A stretch of DNA of 64,000 bases. Source: the human T2T-CHM13v2.0 reference genome, Homo sapiens. Location of the stretch: the NCBI RefSeq assembly GCF_009914755.1, contig NC_060929.1; one strand, written 5' to 3'. Positions 1 to 16,807 of the stretch are shown here, piece after piece. The stretch's first letter is position 1. Each line of letters opens with the position of its first letter. Both the position numbers and the translations under genes were made by a program. The notes beneath the pieces were generated by a model. It was not told the DNA's origin, did not search any database, and was given only the letters and a program-made list of their open reading frames with translations.

Positions 1-2725
1 AAGACAGCATTGGCCACTGCTTTCATGGAGCTTCCAGTCCAATGAGAAAGAGAGACTTCAAACAATCCATCATACACATAAAAGCATATAGATGCAAATT
101 GTGAGAAGGGCTATTAAGGAAAGAACAAGATGTTGTAATGTAAGGAGAGATAAGACATATAGGGGACCTAATTATAATGACAAGGTGGTCAGGCAGCAGG
201 CCTAACTGAGCCCTCAGAAGGGTGGAGGAACGATCAGGGGGCCACATTGGCTGGTGATGTCAAATGGTGGGGAGAGACTTAAGAGATGAGGTGGGGTGGG
301 TACCAGTTTATGTGGATTGTTTGTTTTTTTCAAAAGGTATTTAAAGCAGGAGAGTCACAGGATCAGAGTTTGATTTTGGAAGATTGCCCTCATTGCTGTG
401 AGCCACCCTAGGGACAAGGGACAGGTTCAGTCTCATGCTTGGTCTTCTGATCTCCTCTACTTCTTTCTGTCCAATCAGTCCTCCACGCAGCACCAGATTA
501 GTGTCCCCCAAAACAGGGGTGACTGAGTTGCCTGAAGCACCCCCGATATGGGAGTAGAAGAAAGGAATGGGAGGTCTGACACCAGTTAGAAGGCCACTAC
601 TACATTCAGGGAGGAGAGGGTAGTGGGGCAGTGGCAGTGGGGTGGGGAGGCTAGTGGTATTGAGATGTGGTACCAGGTTGATTGGGAGGAGAATTTGCTT
701 TCTCTGCTCCATTTGCCCACTAGACCTGAGGCCCCAGCTAGACCTGAGGCTGTGTCATCTCGGTAGCCTTAGGCCTGGCCTGCAGTGGGCAGTGGAAATT
801 ACTGGCTGATCCCCTCTCTTGCCTAGCTTAAAACTGGACTCAATTTCTCTACTTGGTAGCTGAGGAAATAGACTCAAATCTAGGTGGCTTTCTCCAGGCC
901 ATGGGAGCAAGCTCCTGAAAAGCTGGAACATTAGTTTGCAGACATCAAATTTCAGGACATGCCTTTGGTGCTTTGCTGCCTTTGGTTCATCTAAGTAGCC
1001 ACAATAACCCAGGTGTCCCCACAAGCCCTGTGACGTTGCTACCATAATCCCCATTTTACAGGTGCAGAAACAGGCTCAGACAGGTGGAAGGCTGTCCTAG
1101 GGTGCATCAAAGGAAAACAGTGCAGCCAAGATCTGCATGCACGTGTGCTGGGAAGGGTGGCAGGTGTGCAGAAAGCAAACCATAGACAGGCACAACCCAC
1201 CTTGGCAGAGCCACAGGGGAACCATAATCGGCAAGTCTGCTGCTGCGCTCTGGGCAAACGCTTCTTTTCTTTCTATTGATTATTAAGTCTTTATGCATCT
1301 TGGAGGAGGTCACTTACCTGCTTGTGGGAGGAGAGGAACACAGATATTTAGAAACTAATGACTAATGTATGGCATGCTTTAAATTTTGCACAGTAGGCCA
1401 CATGCACTTCATAGTCCTAGAGACCTGGGTTCAAATCTCAGCTAAGCTATTTACTTACTGTGTAGCTTTAGGCACATTGCTTAGCATCTCTGGGCTTTGA
1501 GTTTGTTCAGCCCTAAAACAGGCAATAATATCTACCTCAGAGGGTGCTGATGAGGGAAACAGTGTGACAGTTGTCTAATGGGCCCAGCTCAGTGCAAGGC
1601 ATACTGAGGGAGAGCACAGATAGGGTTTCCTTTCTTTCACTGGGCATCCAGAATATGTCTCTTGAAGATGATAGGTTTAGAAGGAGACTGCAGAATTGGA
1701 GCATGCTGAGAAGGATGGGGTTTCACAGGTGGGTGTGGGGCGGGGTGGGGCCTGATGATGCTCTGCAGGGGAGGCCTGAAAGGGGACCTATGGCTGTCAC
1801 TGAGGCCTGTGTGCCTTCTGGGCCTCTCCCTGGGCTTTCCGCAGTGTTTCTTTTTCTCTCCGAGACACAGGATATGAGAAACATAGGCTTTCCCCAGGGA
1901 ACAACAGAAATGCACATCACTGCAGGCTCCAGGCCCTAGAGCCCCCTGGTTCTTCAGAGAATCTCAAGAGATGAATTGTAAATCATCTCAAATTGGGACA
2001 ACATCTCTGATTAGGCAGATCCAGCAAATAGCTAATGATCAATAAATGTAGCAAAAATACCTTATAATTTAAAAACACAATCTTAAACAAAATATACTTT
2101 TTTACCTACCAAATTGGCACAAAAAAATGGATATTTCCTCATGTTGACAATACTGGGGCAAACTTGTCCTCAGTTTGCTCTTGTTGGTTATGTAATGTGA
2201 TGCAGTGTTTTTCAGAGGGTATTTTGACATTGTCTGTACAATGTAAACTGTGGGTAGCATTTGACTGGTATGCTTTTCACTGGTAGGAAGTTACCCTATG
2301 GGTATATATTTCAAGTATGCAAAGGCCACTATATATTGAAAAGAACTGGGAACAACTTGGACTATTCCCTGAGAAGGGCCTGGTTAACTGAGCTCTGGCA
2401 CACGCATGTGGAATCCTAAGCAGAGGTTTTGAGAATGAGGCTGATCTGCATGCGCCAGCGTGGAAAGCTATAACAGACACACTGCTTCATCCAAACAGCT
2501 TTAAAGAGAATGGTGTGGAGTGATCCCATTTGGGGAAACACACATAGTGTGAGCATGTTTTATTCTTGTAATTCATAAGACAGTTTTGGAAGGACACACA
2601 GAAAACTGTTAAATGTTAGGGAAATGGGAATTGGGGTAGGTGCGTTCCATTTGAAGAATTTTATTCTATACTTTTTATCTTTTTTTGTTTTTAACCATAA
2701 GAATGCGTCGAATTTTATTCATCTG

Positions 2726-3015
2726 TTTTTAGAGACAAGGTCTCTCTCTGTCGTCCTGAAGCTGGAGTGTAGTGGTGTGATTGTACATAGCTCCCTGCAG
2801 TCGCGAACTCTTGGGCTCAAGCAATCCTCCTGCCTCAGTCCCCTAAGTAACTGGGACTACAGGCACATGCTACCACACCCAGGCTGATTTTTAAAGACTT
2901 TTAATAGACGGGGCCTTGTTGCCCAGGCTAGTCTCAAACTTCTGGCCTCAACTGATCCTTCTGCCTTGGCCTTCCAAAGTGCTGGGATTACAGATGTAAG
3001 CCACTACACCTGGCC
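2726..3015 (-). mobile_element. Alu, AluJ-like, diverged
   Basis: Reverse-complement Alu dimer: ctcaagcaatcctcctgcctcag ... ccaaagtgctgggattacag ... cctggcc. Confidence 0.9.
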
Positions 3016-3648
3016 TCAGATTTTCTATTAAAAAAAAATCACCCCCATTTCACAGACAGTGAATGGTCTCAGGGAATGGATGTAACTTGTTCACTTTGAC
3101 ACACAGGGAGATCACTGTGAAGCCAGTGTCTCTCTGTACAGGGAGGTGTCAGAATAGCACAGTTTAAATTCAAATCCTAACTCCACCTACTTGCACTGTG
3201 ACCCTGGGTGAGTTTATTAACCACTTTGACCCTCTGTTTCCTCATGACACTAGTATCTTTCTCTAAGGATTGTTGTAAAGATAAAATGAGGAAAATACAT
3301 AGCAAATGTTTATCATAGTGTCTAGTACGTAGTAGATGCTTAATGCAACGGAGTAATTATTATTGCTGTTGTTCTTAACATGATCTATTTAGTCCCAGAA
3401 ACAGGTTCCCTGTTTCCGGAGGTCACAGGGCTACCCCAGGCAGCAAGGAGAGGTGAACAGTGACATGGTCTGGGCCTCTGGACTGTGGAAGACCCAGGTG
3501 GCAGAGCTATGGGCTCCACTGTAATGATTCCAGCCTAGGCAGCTTGCCTCTGTTCAGAGCAGAAGGAGCTGGAAGTCCCCCGTAGAGGATCCTGTGGAGA
3601 GCACCTCATCTTGCCCCATGCTATGCATTGCCATAGAAGTGGGGAGTT

Positions 3649-3964
3649 GGCTGGGCATGGTGGCTCATGCCTGTAATCCCAGCACTTTGGGAAGCCGAGG
3701 TGGGCGGATCACGAGGTCAGGAGATCCAGACCATCCTGGCTAACACGGTGAAACCCCATCTCTACTAAAAAAAAAATGTAAAAAATTAGCTGGGCGTGGT
3801 GGCAGGTGCCTATAGTCCCAGCTACTCGGGAGGCTGAGGCAGGAGAATGGTGTGAACCCAGGAGGTGGAGCTTGCAGTGAGCCAAGATATCACGCCACCG
3901 CACTCCAGCCTGGGCGACAGAGCGAGACTCTGTCTCAAAAAAATAAAAATAAAAATAAAAAAGT
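3649..3964 (+). mobile_element. AluY-like, full length
   Basis: AluY diagnostics (ggctaacacggtg, ggagcttgcagtgag); TSD aagtggggagtt at 3637-3648 and 3965-3976. Confidence 0.93.
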
Positions 3965-6199
3965 AAGTGGGGAGTTATAGATTTATTGAGGCAGATAGTT
4001 CATTTGAGACCAACTTTTATATTGCCTCTGAGAAAGCAAAGCAAAGGCCCAGCAAGAAAGACAAAGTTTATTCCATGGAAAGAGCTCCAGACTGAGAGTT
4101 GGCATTCATACTAGAGACCTGCTTCCGACTCAGTCTTACTGTGTGACCTGTGGCAAATCCCTTTCCCGCTCTATGCCTCAGTCTCCCTATTTGTGAATTG
4201 ATGAGGTTGGACAACACTGCCACTAAAGTCTTTTGAGCACTGACATTTTACCCTGTGTTCACGGCCCAATACCAACCTTCAAGGCCCAGGAAAAAACTTG
4301 AATCCAAAGAGGGAGTGTGGAGTGAGGAGCGAGAGGTGCAAATGGGGAAGTTCCCAACTAAGGATGCAGGCCCCATCTGGGCAACTTCACCCTCTCTCTT
4401 TAGAAATAGGATTTATTTGTTCACTGATTCATTCCACAGTTTTTATGGCCTCCCTATTGTGTCTTGGTTCCCCAGGATCAGAGTTCAAGTGTTAGGTGGC
4501 ACTTGGAACTGAGCTTAGGTTCAAGTCTGGGCTCTGCCTCCTAGTGGCCATGTGAAGTTATGAAGTCATTTCTGCTCTCTGGGACTCAGGCTCCTTATCT
4601 GTAAAATGGGAATAATTACCTTTACCTCATAGAATGATTGAAAAGATTTGCTGAGATACAGGATGTAAAGTGTTTGGCACAGTGCCAGGCACATAGTGGG
4701 TACCTTTACAAAAAACCCAAAACCATGATCAATAGGAAAGAGTATGGTATTCTTGAGTTTGAATGTAGCTCAACCCGAGGCCAGTCATTTGATCACAGGC
4801 AAGCGACTGAACTCTCAGAGGCTAAATTTCCTCACCTGAAAAATGGGAATAATCATAATGATTTTGAAGGAGAGAACTGAGGCTTGGAGAGAATGTTGTC
4901 AGGAGAATTATGAGAATTGAATGAGTCCACATCAGCAGGGCACCTGGCACCGTGCCTGGCTCACAGTAGGGATTCAGTGCCAGCCATTTATTGTCCTGGC
5001 TCTGAACCTGTCTCTTTGCTCCAGGGATGATGGGTATAGCTTAGATCTATTTTTGGACTGTGCAAGTCCAGCTCATAAAAATACAATCTTGCTCCTTGTC
5101 AGCACTTCTGCACTTGTATTTATTGTTCCTGCCAATCCTGGGACCTCTCCATGTGGGAACGTCTTCATTATTGATAATCCTGGGAAGTAGTATTTTAAAT
5201 TTTTATGATCTGTACTTTGCACTGTCTGAACCACCATGTATTATCTGGCCTTGCCAGTGACACGGGAATTATATCCAGACAAGGGGTCCTTTAGGGATGA
5301 ATAATTTATCCCATTTTCACAATGCCAATTATATTAAATTATGTTCTTCATATTAGCAGCTGACAGGACAATGGGGATCCAATGTGTAAATATGGAAAGA
5401 AAACAAAGTTATTTCTTTGCCCAAATCCACAGTCATATTTGAAAACCTGGAGTTTCATTTTTCCAAATATCCATAAAACCCCACTTTTAAGAATAAAAAG
5501 AGTAGGAGAAATTTTGCCCCTCCCCTCTCTACTTTTCTTCTCTCATTTCTGCTGATAGACAAGGCGCTCAGGGCTCTGTTTTGCTCCATTTTCTTTTAAC
5601 TGCGGGAAAAAGAAGAATGTCTAGAAGAGAGGCTTTCTTTGCAAATTTATTTTTCTCCTGTCTTGTTCTCTTTGCCTATGCGAGCTGATTCCTCCAAGGT
5701 ACAATTAATAACGATTGGCTAACATTTCTTAATGCTTTCCCTTTCAGAGTACTAAAAAAAAGGAACTGTGACTTTATCGTTTATGGAAGGGAAATGTTTC
5801 TGGCTCTACTCCACAGGAACAAAACACTAAGCTTTATGAAAGTCCTCTAGCTGGCTGGTTGTAGTGACTTTGTAGGGTTGTATTTTCCCTGCTCTCTGCC
5901 GGTCCCCATGCAGTGTACCTTCACTGTGGCCAGAGGCCTCTCCTGTGCCTGAAATGCATACCTGCAAAGCCGTTTTCTCATTTATAATCATTCCTCAGCT
6001 CTTCACTGCCCTCACATTAATCTTCAAGGTGCCTAGCATGGCATTCAGAGCCTCTGTGTGCCTCTCTAGCTTCCTCCCTGTCACCTACTCACCTCACCCA
6101 TCCTGTTCCCTGGCCACTTAAAACTGCTTCTCTGTAGTTGCCTCAGGTGCTGGCCTCCCGGATGTCTTCTGAAGGTTTGCTGGTATTGTCTCTCCCTCG

Positions 6200-7133
<934 letters not shown>

Positions 7134-7889
7134 CTAACACTTCCTCGGGGTGAAGACAAAATATTGTGTAGCAGCCTGAGTTGCTTTTGGAGAAAATGTG
7201 GCTTAGCTAAAGAAAACAGCAGATGACTGAGGACCCACATGGTATCAGGCACCTGCCTGTCTCTTGGCCTGTATTTGAACTTTGTGGTTTGAGGAGTGAG
7301 GACCTGAAGCTAAAGGGACTATTTTCATTAGAAAGTCACTCAAAGCCTAAGTAGCATTTCATAAGGGTTCAGAGCAAAGCAGGACATGGATTTGAAGAGA
7401 GGGTTATGGTCCCAACTCTGCCTAATTTCAGTACCCTCTAACCCCATGACTGCAAATGGTGAGTGGCATATTTTTATGATAAACATATTATACATATAAA
7501 TTATTATATGTATACTTGAAGTTGATGTAAATGACATCACGCAGTATATAAAAACCTCTTGGTATCTAATTTCTTTTGTTCAATGTAATGTCTATGAAAT
7601 TCATCAATGTATATGTAGTATAGCGGTGAGGCATTCCATTTTCTGAGTAAACCACAATTTATCCATTCTCCTATTAGTGTACATTTGAGATGTTCCCAGT
7701 TTGGGGCTATCAGGAACAAAGCTGCTATGAATGTTCTTGTATCTTTTGGTGGACCCATTATGTTTTTGAGCTGACTTTTTGCTGACACCTAGGAAATCTA
7801 TTGATTTTGGTTTACTTATTTAGTATTTGGCTACCTTACTAAATTCTAATCACTTTTCAGTTCATTTTCTTGGGTTTTCTTGGAAGACA

Positions 7890-8470
7890 TGTGTATCAGA
7901 TAGAAAGCTTTTAGTTTCAAGTAACAGAAAACCCAGCCAAAATTATATTAAGGCTCAAAGAGTAGGTATTTGCCCCTATAACTGTGGATCCCAGAGTAGG
8001 TCTAACTTCAGGCAAGGTGCAATCCCGGGGTAGGATGTCATCTGGACCCAGCTCCATTTCTCTGGGTTCCTCTTGGCTCTGCCCTTCTTTGTGTGCTGCC
8101 TTGTTCTTCTCCTGGTTCCCATCAAGATGGCAACAATTCCAGGACTAAAGTCTTCAGCATACCATCCAGAGGAAGAATCACTCATGAAGACCTACAAGGC
8201 TTCTTTCATCAAGACACTAGTCAATACTACCTCATAGCTCATTGGTCCAAATTGGGTAACATGCCCATGTCTGAGTCAATCAAATTGTGTGATCAATAGG
8301 ATGGTATGCCCTGATTGGCTCAACTTCACTAGGGACCATCACTGTCACTAAGGAAGTGGTCAATCCCACTGAACCACATGGCTGCCACACAGTGAGGCAG
8401 GGGTGGGTTCCCAAAAGGAATATCATAGCGCTTTTGGTTGAAGAAGGAGATGGATGCTAGAGAAGCAACC
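7890..8470 (-). mobile_element. Old MaLR LTR (MLT1K/L-like)
   Basis: Motifs caagtaacagaaaaccca, ctcattggtccaaattgggtaacatgccc, ctgattggc. Confidence 0.6.
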
Positions 8471-8854
8471 TCAAAATATTTATTATTATGAGAATAAAAA
8501 TGATATTGCCTGTAATGATTATTCATGGTCTTGTTCTGACAGTAATATTTTTCAGTTCTGTCTCCTGTCTCAACATGTTGGTTAGAATATGGGGTCTTTT
8601 AAGTTTACAGAGAATGGAAACGGTTTTCAGATTTTTCAAAAGCTCTGGGAAGGATGTTTATAAAAATAGAGAGGGAGCGAGAAAGACTAAGAAGCAAGTA
8701 CTTCTTAATATTTTTTTTTTTTAAATTTACTAGTCTCTGAGTTTGCATCCAACATTTGATGTGAGGATTCTCAAGAACAGTTGGAGGACTGTGGATCTAG
8801 AAAGGAAGGGATCAAGCCAAGAGATGATGGAAATAGACTTGGCAATGTGGGAAG

Positions 8855-9380
8855 GTGGACTAGTTTTCAATTGCTGTGTGACAAATTACCAAAAATTAAG
8901 TGGCTTAAAACCCATAAACTTATTATCTCACAGTTTTCGTAGGTCAGAAGTCCAGCCATAGGCTAGCTGGGTTCTCTGCACCAGGGTCTCATGAGCCCGA
9001 AATCAAGGTGTTGGCCAGGCTGCATTCCCACTGACACTTGAGATCTTCTTTCAAGCTCATTGAGGCTGTCGACAGATTTCAGTTCCTTGTGGTTGGAGGA
9101 CTGAGGTCCTGGTTTTCTTGTTGGCTCTTGGTTGAGGGTTGCCCTCAGGTACTAGCTGCATGGCTGTCTTTCAGCATGTCAGTTTAATTCTTCAAGGTCA
9201 GTGGAGAATCTCTTTCCAGTCTGTTACCCTGGAGTTTTACATAGCACAATGTAATCATGGGAGGGACTAGCCCATCATAACCACAGGTCCAGCCCACATC
9301 CTAAAGGGAGGAAATTATACAGCACATGAACACCATGGGGCAGGAATCTTTGGAGCCAAATTAGAATGCTGCCTACCCCA
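8855..9380 (-). mobile_element. MaLR LTR (MLT1E-like)
   Basis: attgctgtgtgacaaattacc, agtggcttaaaa, aaatcaaggtgttggccaggctg, ending ttagaatgctgcctacc. Confidence 0.75.
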
Positions 9381-9833
9381 AAAAGCAATTATTACCCCAA
9401 GGCTTGTGGCTCATGCTGACCAAGAAATACATATATTATATATATTAATAGATATGTTACATGTATATATTACACACACACACACATATATACATACACA
9501 CATGCATGGGGAGATAAAATTAAAATTGTAAATCCAAGTTTGTGAATATTTCTAAAATCGTGGATTAAGAGAAATAATCAGACATCTAAATTTTCTGTAC
9601 CACTTCATAATCTGACAGTTGATCTAGTGATGTCCAAAATATTTCTAATAACTGGAATTTGTAGAATATCCTTTTAGTTCACAAAGCACCTGCATGTATG
9701 TTCTTTCATTTGGTCCATCCCAGAATGCTGTGAACTAGCCTAGGAGCTTTACCATTTGCTCTTTTGTTTACATCAGCTTCCGACTCTCGTATTCGCATTG
9801 CAGTTCACATGCCAGCAAAGCAAGTTCTTGTAG

Positions 9834-10239
<406 letters not shown>

Positions 10240-11856
10240 CCCAAACTTTTTTTTTTTTTTTTTTTTTAGGCAGGGAAGTTGGGGGCATTCTTGAATGCCC
10301 ATGTTCCTGAGAAGTCCTTGTGTTGCTCTTGATAGGCTAGGTAGGGTGACACTGCAGCCTGACAGGTGCAAGGCTCCACTCTACAGCTGCCTCAGTATCT
10401 ATGGAAGAAAATGTGATAGCACCCAGATGTTATTGGATTAATGTTCTGAATGTCTAACTTGCATCAACTCATTTATGCCTCCCAACAATCCAACGAGGTG
10501 GTCATGGTGATTTCCCCATTTTATAGATGAGAAAATCAAGACACAGAAGGCATCATCAACTCACCCAAGGTCACCAGCTAGTAAGTTCTGGAGCCAGGAT
10601 TTGAACTCAGCCCACACTTGTACACTCCCCTACAATATTGACAATATTGGTATCTGCTTTATAGTGTAGAATTAAGTGAGGTAAGGCATGCCAAATGCTC
10701 AATGCCTGCTATATAGTAAATGCACAAAGTATGAGAATTATTTTTCTTATCTGTGGTACAAGAGCTTCTGTTTTCCTATTCTTTGGCCTAGTGGGTAGGA
10801 AGAAAATAAAAATAACAGAGCATCCTTCTGCCCCCACCCCCTGTAAGCTCTCATCCATGTTTGGCTGTGTTGCTTCCCTGTTTAAGGAAGCCAGGGGCTC
10901 TCTTTTTGTTGTTTGGAGGAACAGATTGCAAAGAGGGCAGGAAACAACAGCAGAATTTCCATCCAGAAATGGGTTCTAGAGGTAAGAGAGGGTGGGGTGC
11001 TGATGGGCTGGGGTCCAGGGCCTCCTTAACCCCCATAAGTCCAGCCATAGGTTAGTTGGGTTTAGGTACCACCTGGTAGATGTTCCGTGTATGGTAGCGC
11101 CGTCCCTATCCCTTCCTTTTTGAGCTGCATTGAGTCCATGACATGCCTCACAGATGTTAAAGGACATTCTTCATAGAAGAATTCTTGCTCTAGTTAATAC
11201 GCTTGACTGTTGTCTCCAGGGAAGGTTGGTGGGCGTTTTCAGTGAAAATTCTGTTAATTTGAGCCATAATGGGAAGTAGGAGTGATCATGGTTAGAAGAT
11301 TACTTCATTTTAGCTGTGTGACCCTGGACAAGTGACTTAGCATCTCTGAGCTTGAGTTTCCTTGTTAGGAGAATGGAAATAGTAGTGATAGGTAGGTGAG
11401 GCATATGAAGTGCTTGATCTAGTTCTGGCATATAATAAGTGGTTCAAAAATATTGCTCATTATCATCTCACTTAACTCTCAAAGCAACCTTACAAAATAG
11501 GGATATGAATTAGAATTATTTGTCTCTATTTTACAGATGAGACCCTGAGGCTTAGACAGCTTCTGTGTTCCTCATGGCACTGCAGCACTTGGCAATAGTT
11601 ATTGATTATCTGTCAGGTTTCTTTTTCTTTCACTTTGCCTGCACAGTGGGATGGAGTTACATAAATGTCTTGTCAGGTTGACAGCATATCTTGATAAGAT
11701 GTTAACCACCTCTGCAAAAATATTCAGACTTTAGAAAAATAAGATGATACAACAGATTCAACAGAACTTTCTATTTTTCTTCTCACAAGTCCCCAAATCA
11801 AATTGGAATTAAGTGTGTGTGCAAAGGCTTAGAAACAGAATCTTCATCATAACTTT

Positions 11857-12070
11857 CTATTTTATTTTATTTTATTTTATTTTATTTTATTTTATTTTAT
11901 TTTATTTATTTACATATTTATTTATTTAATTTTTGTGGGTACATGGTATATATATTTTTGGGGTACAGGAGATATTTTGATACAGGCATGCAATGTGAAG
12001 CACATCATGGAGAATGGGGTATTTATCCCCTCCATCCCCTCCATTTATCCTTTGAGTTACAAACAATCCC
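11857..12070 (-). mobile_element. L1MA-like 3' end with (TTTTA)n tail
   Basis: (TTTTA)n at 11857-11905 followed by ttttgtgggtacat ... gatacaggcatgcaatg ... ttacaaacaatcc. Confidence 0.75.
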
Positions 12071-12558
12071 ATAACTTGTTTATATAACCAAAACTGGAGG
12101 CAACCTAAACGTGTAACAATTAAAGTTTAATTAGATCAGTTGCAGTACACACATGCAGTGAAATGTTATACTATGCCAAAAGGCAAAATACAATGATATA
12201 TTTGTTTACATTGGAAAATTGGAGAAAAATATAGTGTTGTGTGATAAAAGCAGGTTATAAACTATAAAGTATGAATTCATCTCATAAAATATATATTTTC
12301 ACAAATAGTAAATATATAACAATATGTACATATATAAGTCTATATAAATATCTAAAAAGGTATAATCAAAGTTGTTACCTAGGGTTGTCTCTGTTGGAAT
12401 GGGGAAGTATTATGAGTAACTTGAATTTTCTCTTACGTGTGTTTGAAGGGGGGTTCTTTATTTTTTTGATCTTTATGTCATGTGTAATAAATTCTGGTTA
12501 CTGAAAAAAAAGAAAGGAAAATGTTTCAAGTCTCCATGCATGCTAACACACTGGTTGA

Positions 12559-12669
<111 letters not shown>

Positions 12670-13382
12670 TAATAGAAAGAGTAAAGGAGAGGCTGGCTCC
12701 AGCCAGCTCAGCACACCTCGTGCTTGGAGCAAGTACTGCTGTGGGTGGGGAAATGATGCAGGCTATTTCTGGAGGATTTCTTGAAGCCATACAGTCTGGC
12801 CACTGAGTTTAATCAAATAACAAGAACTCTGCCTCTGAGGTCTATCATATTCTCGTGTACTCTGGAATGTTCTGATAAATCTCATAATTGATAAATGCCT
12901 CTTCTATTCCTTCTCCTTTCTCCTGTTCCCTTCTTCCTGCTTTTTCATCACAATCTCCAGGAAATGTGATGGAAATGCAGTAAGTGACTCACATTTTAGT
13001 CCTTCGTTGCAACAAATATGAGAAAAACAAAGGTGGGGGGAAGAAAAGCTGGCTTCTTGGTGGTGAAACCCTAATGGTTGGCTTCCTATTTCTTGGTGGA
13101 GGGGCCGCGAGGAGCACTGGAGAATATGTTGCTAGCTGTGATGAATTGCATCAAGGATCCACAAAGCATTCTCTGTGAGGGTGAAAGAGGAATCCCAGGG
13201 AATGCCCCGAGGAAGTCACTTAGGAGCTGAGGTGGGTGGGGAAGTGGGTATGAAGCAGGTACAAGGTGCTTGCAGCTGAGGAGAGTGCAGCTTGTGCAAA
13301 GGCCCTGAGGCAGGAAGGAGGCTAGCCCCAACCCTGAATAGAAACAGAAATAGAAACCCTGAATAGAAATAAGGACAGTGAG

Positions 13383-13701
<319 letters not shown>

Positions 13702-15104
13702 CTAGGAGGGTGCAGGGAGCAGACACAGATGAGGCAGAAGTGGGCGGAGGGCAGACAGTTCCAAGCATTGAAGGCTGTATGAAGGCATTTAGGGTTTAAT
13801 ACTAAAAGCAACAGGAAGCCTTTGAAGGACTTCAGGAAGAGAAGGGACATGATTACATTTGGGTTTTAGAAAAAGTATGCTGGCTTTTACATGGCTAATG
13901 GAGTGTGGTGGATGAAAGGGGATGGAGGGGCACTATTAGGCTACTGCAGTCATTCAAGTGAAAAAACACACAAAAAACGGTGGCAGATCAGATAAGGGTG
14001 GCCAGTGGGTGGAGAGATGCAGGCAGATCTAAAATATTTAGGAGGCAAACAATCAGCCCTGGAGGCAGTAGAACAAGTGGTCCTGTGGATGGATGATGCA
14101 GCAGCCTGGCTGGGCTTGAGCCTTGGTTCCACCTTATCCTAGCTGTGTGGCCACAAGCGAGTCACTAAGCCTCACTTATCAAATGGAGATAATAGTAGGG
14201 TTGCTATGACGATGAAGTACAAAGTACCTGCAAAGCACTTGGATCTGTATAAGTGCGCAATAGTAGCCTTTTTATGTCAACTGTGACTGGGAGCTTTGAA
14301 AGTGAACATGACTCGTGGTTGGTTATCTGGGAATTGAAGCGTATGCGGGGAGAAACATGTGGGTTTGTTTGTCTTTGACTATTTTTCTCCCCACTAAATC
14401 AATACTGAAGCAGCTGCGTATGTGGCCCAGGGGAGGAGTGTGGTCCCTCTGTGTGCATTCCCTGGAATGTGGAACTTCCTAGATGCCACCCTCCTCTTGG
14501 AGAGCAGTGGCTGGTCTTACTTTTTTATTGTACTTTCAGTGTCTGCCACACAGCACAGGCCCAGTGAAAGTGGACCAAGACCCAGCTGCGTACAAGTACT
14601 TGCAGGAATAAGCAGGTACCTGCATGAATGAGCACAGAGCTTGCAGGAGAGGCCTGGGGTATCTTGGTGCACCAGGCCACGGGGTCAAATTTACCTGCCT
14701 TCCTGGCAAGAGATCACAAGAAATATTCCCAGGTTCACATGTAAGAATGTTTGCTGCAGTACTATCTATAAAATTAAAGTATTGGAAACTAGACTTTCAA
14801 CAACTTTCTTGTGATTTCATAAATGAGAACACATCCATATGATGAACTACTTTACAGTTTCTTAAGAATTACCTTTTTTCCCTCAGAGAGTAGTTTTCTC
14901 TAAATTATATGTATATGAGATACTTTCATCTAATTTTTACTTCTCTATGCTTTCCAAATTTTATGCAATGTGCACTTAATTATTTCAATAATCAGACAAA
15001 AATGAGAATTATTTTTAAGTGTGCTTTTTTAAAAAAAAACAGAGTGTTAGGCATTTTTAATGAAATTATCCTTTATCCAGCAGTCATTTGAAATGATGGC
15101 TGTG

Positions 15105-15528
<424 letters not shown>

Positions 15529-16807
15529 CTATATATTTTTTTTGTCTTCTTTGACAACTTTTGGTGATGTGGCTACTTTTTCATATCTATGTGAGAGATT
15601 GATATAATCCCCTATGGCTCCGAGAGGTGACATAACATGCTGACCCACCAGCAAGTGGCAGAGCCAGGGCCTGGCGGCCTCTCTGCTCAGCCATGATGCC
15701 TGCAGTAGGTAACTGCTGGGTAGAACAGAAATGAGTCAGCTAAGAGAAAAAGGGTGCTGGGTCAGGGACCAGGGCCTGTAGAAGTTCTCCACCCCCGCGC
15801 AGTTTGACTCAATTAGTCTTGGGGGTCAGGAAAGAAGGGCTTTGTGGTTCAGGGGCAGCCCTCTGTCAGCCCTGTCAGGCATGGGCAGAGGGGGACCTGC
15901 ACTTGAAGCAAAATGGGAGGAATGGAGCAGATTCTCTTATGCTTATGTAAAGCTGCAAGAATTAATTAGCCTGGTTTTTCACTTTCTTAAAGAGAGCTCC
16001 TTCTGGGCCCCATGAAGGATGCACCTGCAGGTGCAGAGGTGGATGCAGGGAGGCTAGGGAGGAGGCGTGGAGGTAATTAAGAAGAGTCTGAGGGTCTGAG
16101 CTGAGTAAGCTGGCTGGGGCTCATGATCCAGGGAGGGGCTGTTATGGAGGTGGAATTTACAGGACTTGCTCCTGGTTGGAGGAAGGGCATTGGGGGACTC
16201 TTTGGTGTTTGGCTTGTCTACCTGCCACTGAGGTAGGGAGCTGGGGGGATGCTCTGAGTGTGAGGTGCCTGGAGACCATGGGTGGGGAGGGGGAAGACAG
16301 GTGGTCTGGCCACCCTTGGAACTAATAGGTTTGGAGCTCAGGATGGAGATTTCCACTGGAGAACTAGGGCTGGAGTCAGGGAATTTACAGTTAGAGAGCT
16401 TGGTGCTGTTACACAGTCACTGGGTCACCCTGCAGATATATTGCCCGGGGCTGAGGGAACCTTGGAAACTGCAAAGGTGCACCCCTTCTCATTCCAATCC
16501 CTTCATGGATCTGGGACAGCTTGTGATTTGAATTTCAAAATTAACCTGGAGAAAGCAGTTCATGGCAATTATTCTGTAAGAGAGAAAAGAAGGGAGCAGG
16601 GTGGGGAGAGATGAATAGAGAAAGATGAGCTGAAATAATTGCCTGGAATTTTTGTCATTTCTGAAACTAAGGAGGCCCTGCAGTCATTGTAAAGGGCCAC
16701 AGACTTGAAATATTTTCATCAGGGTTATGTGAGAAAATGGGAAAATGCAGAGAAAAAAACCCTCCTTTCTTAATCTGAGAGCAAGGGGTTCTCTAAAACT
16801 GATTTTG

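Noticed and set aside
720-750. Short direct repeat ctagacctgaggc x2
   Set aside because: A simple local duplication with no associated feature.
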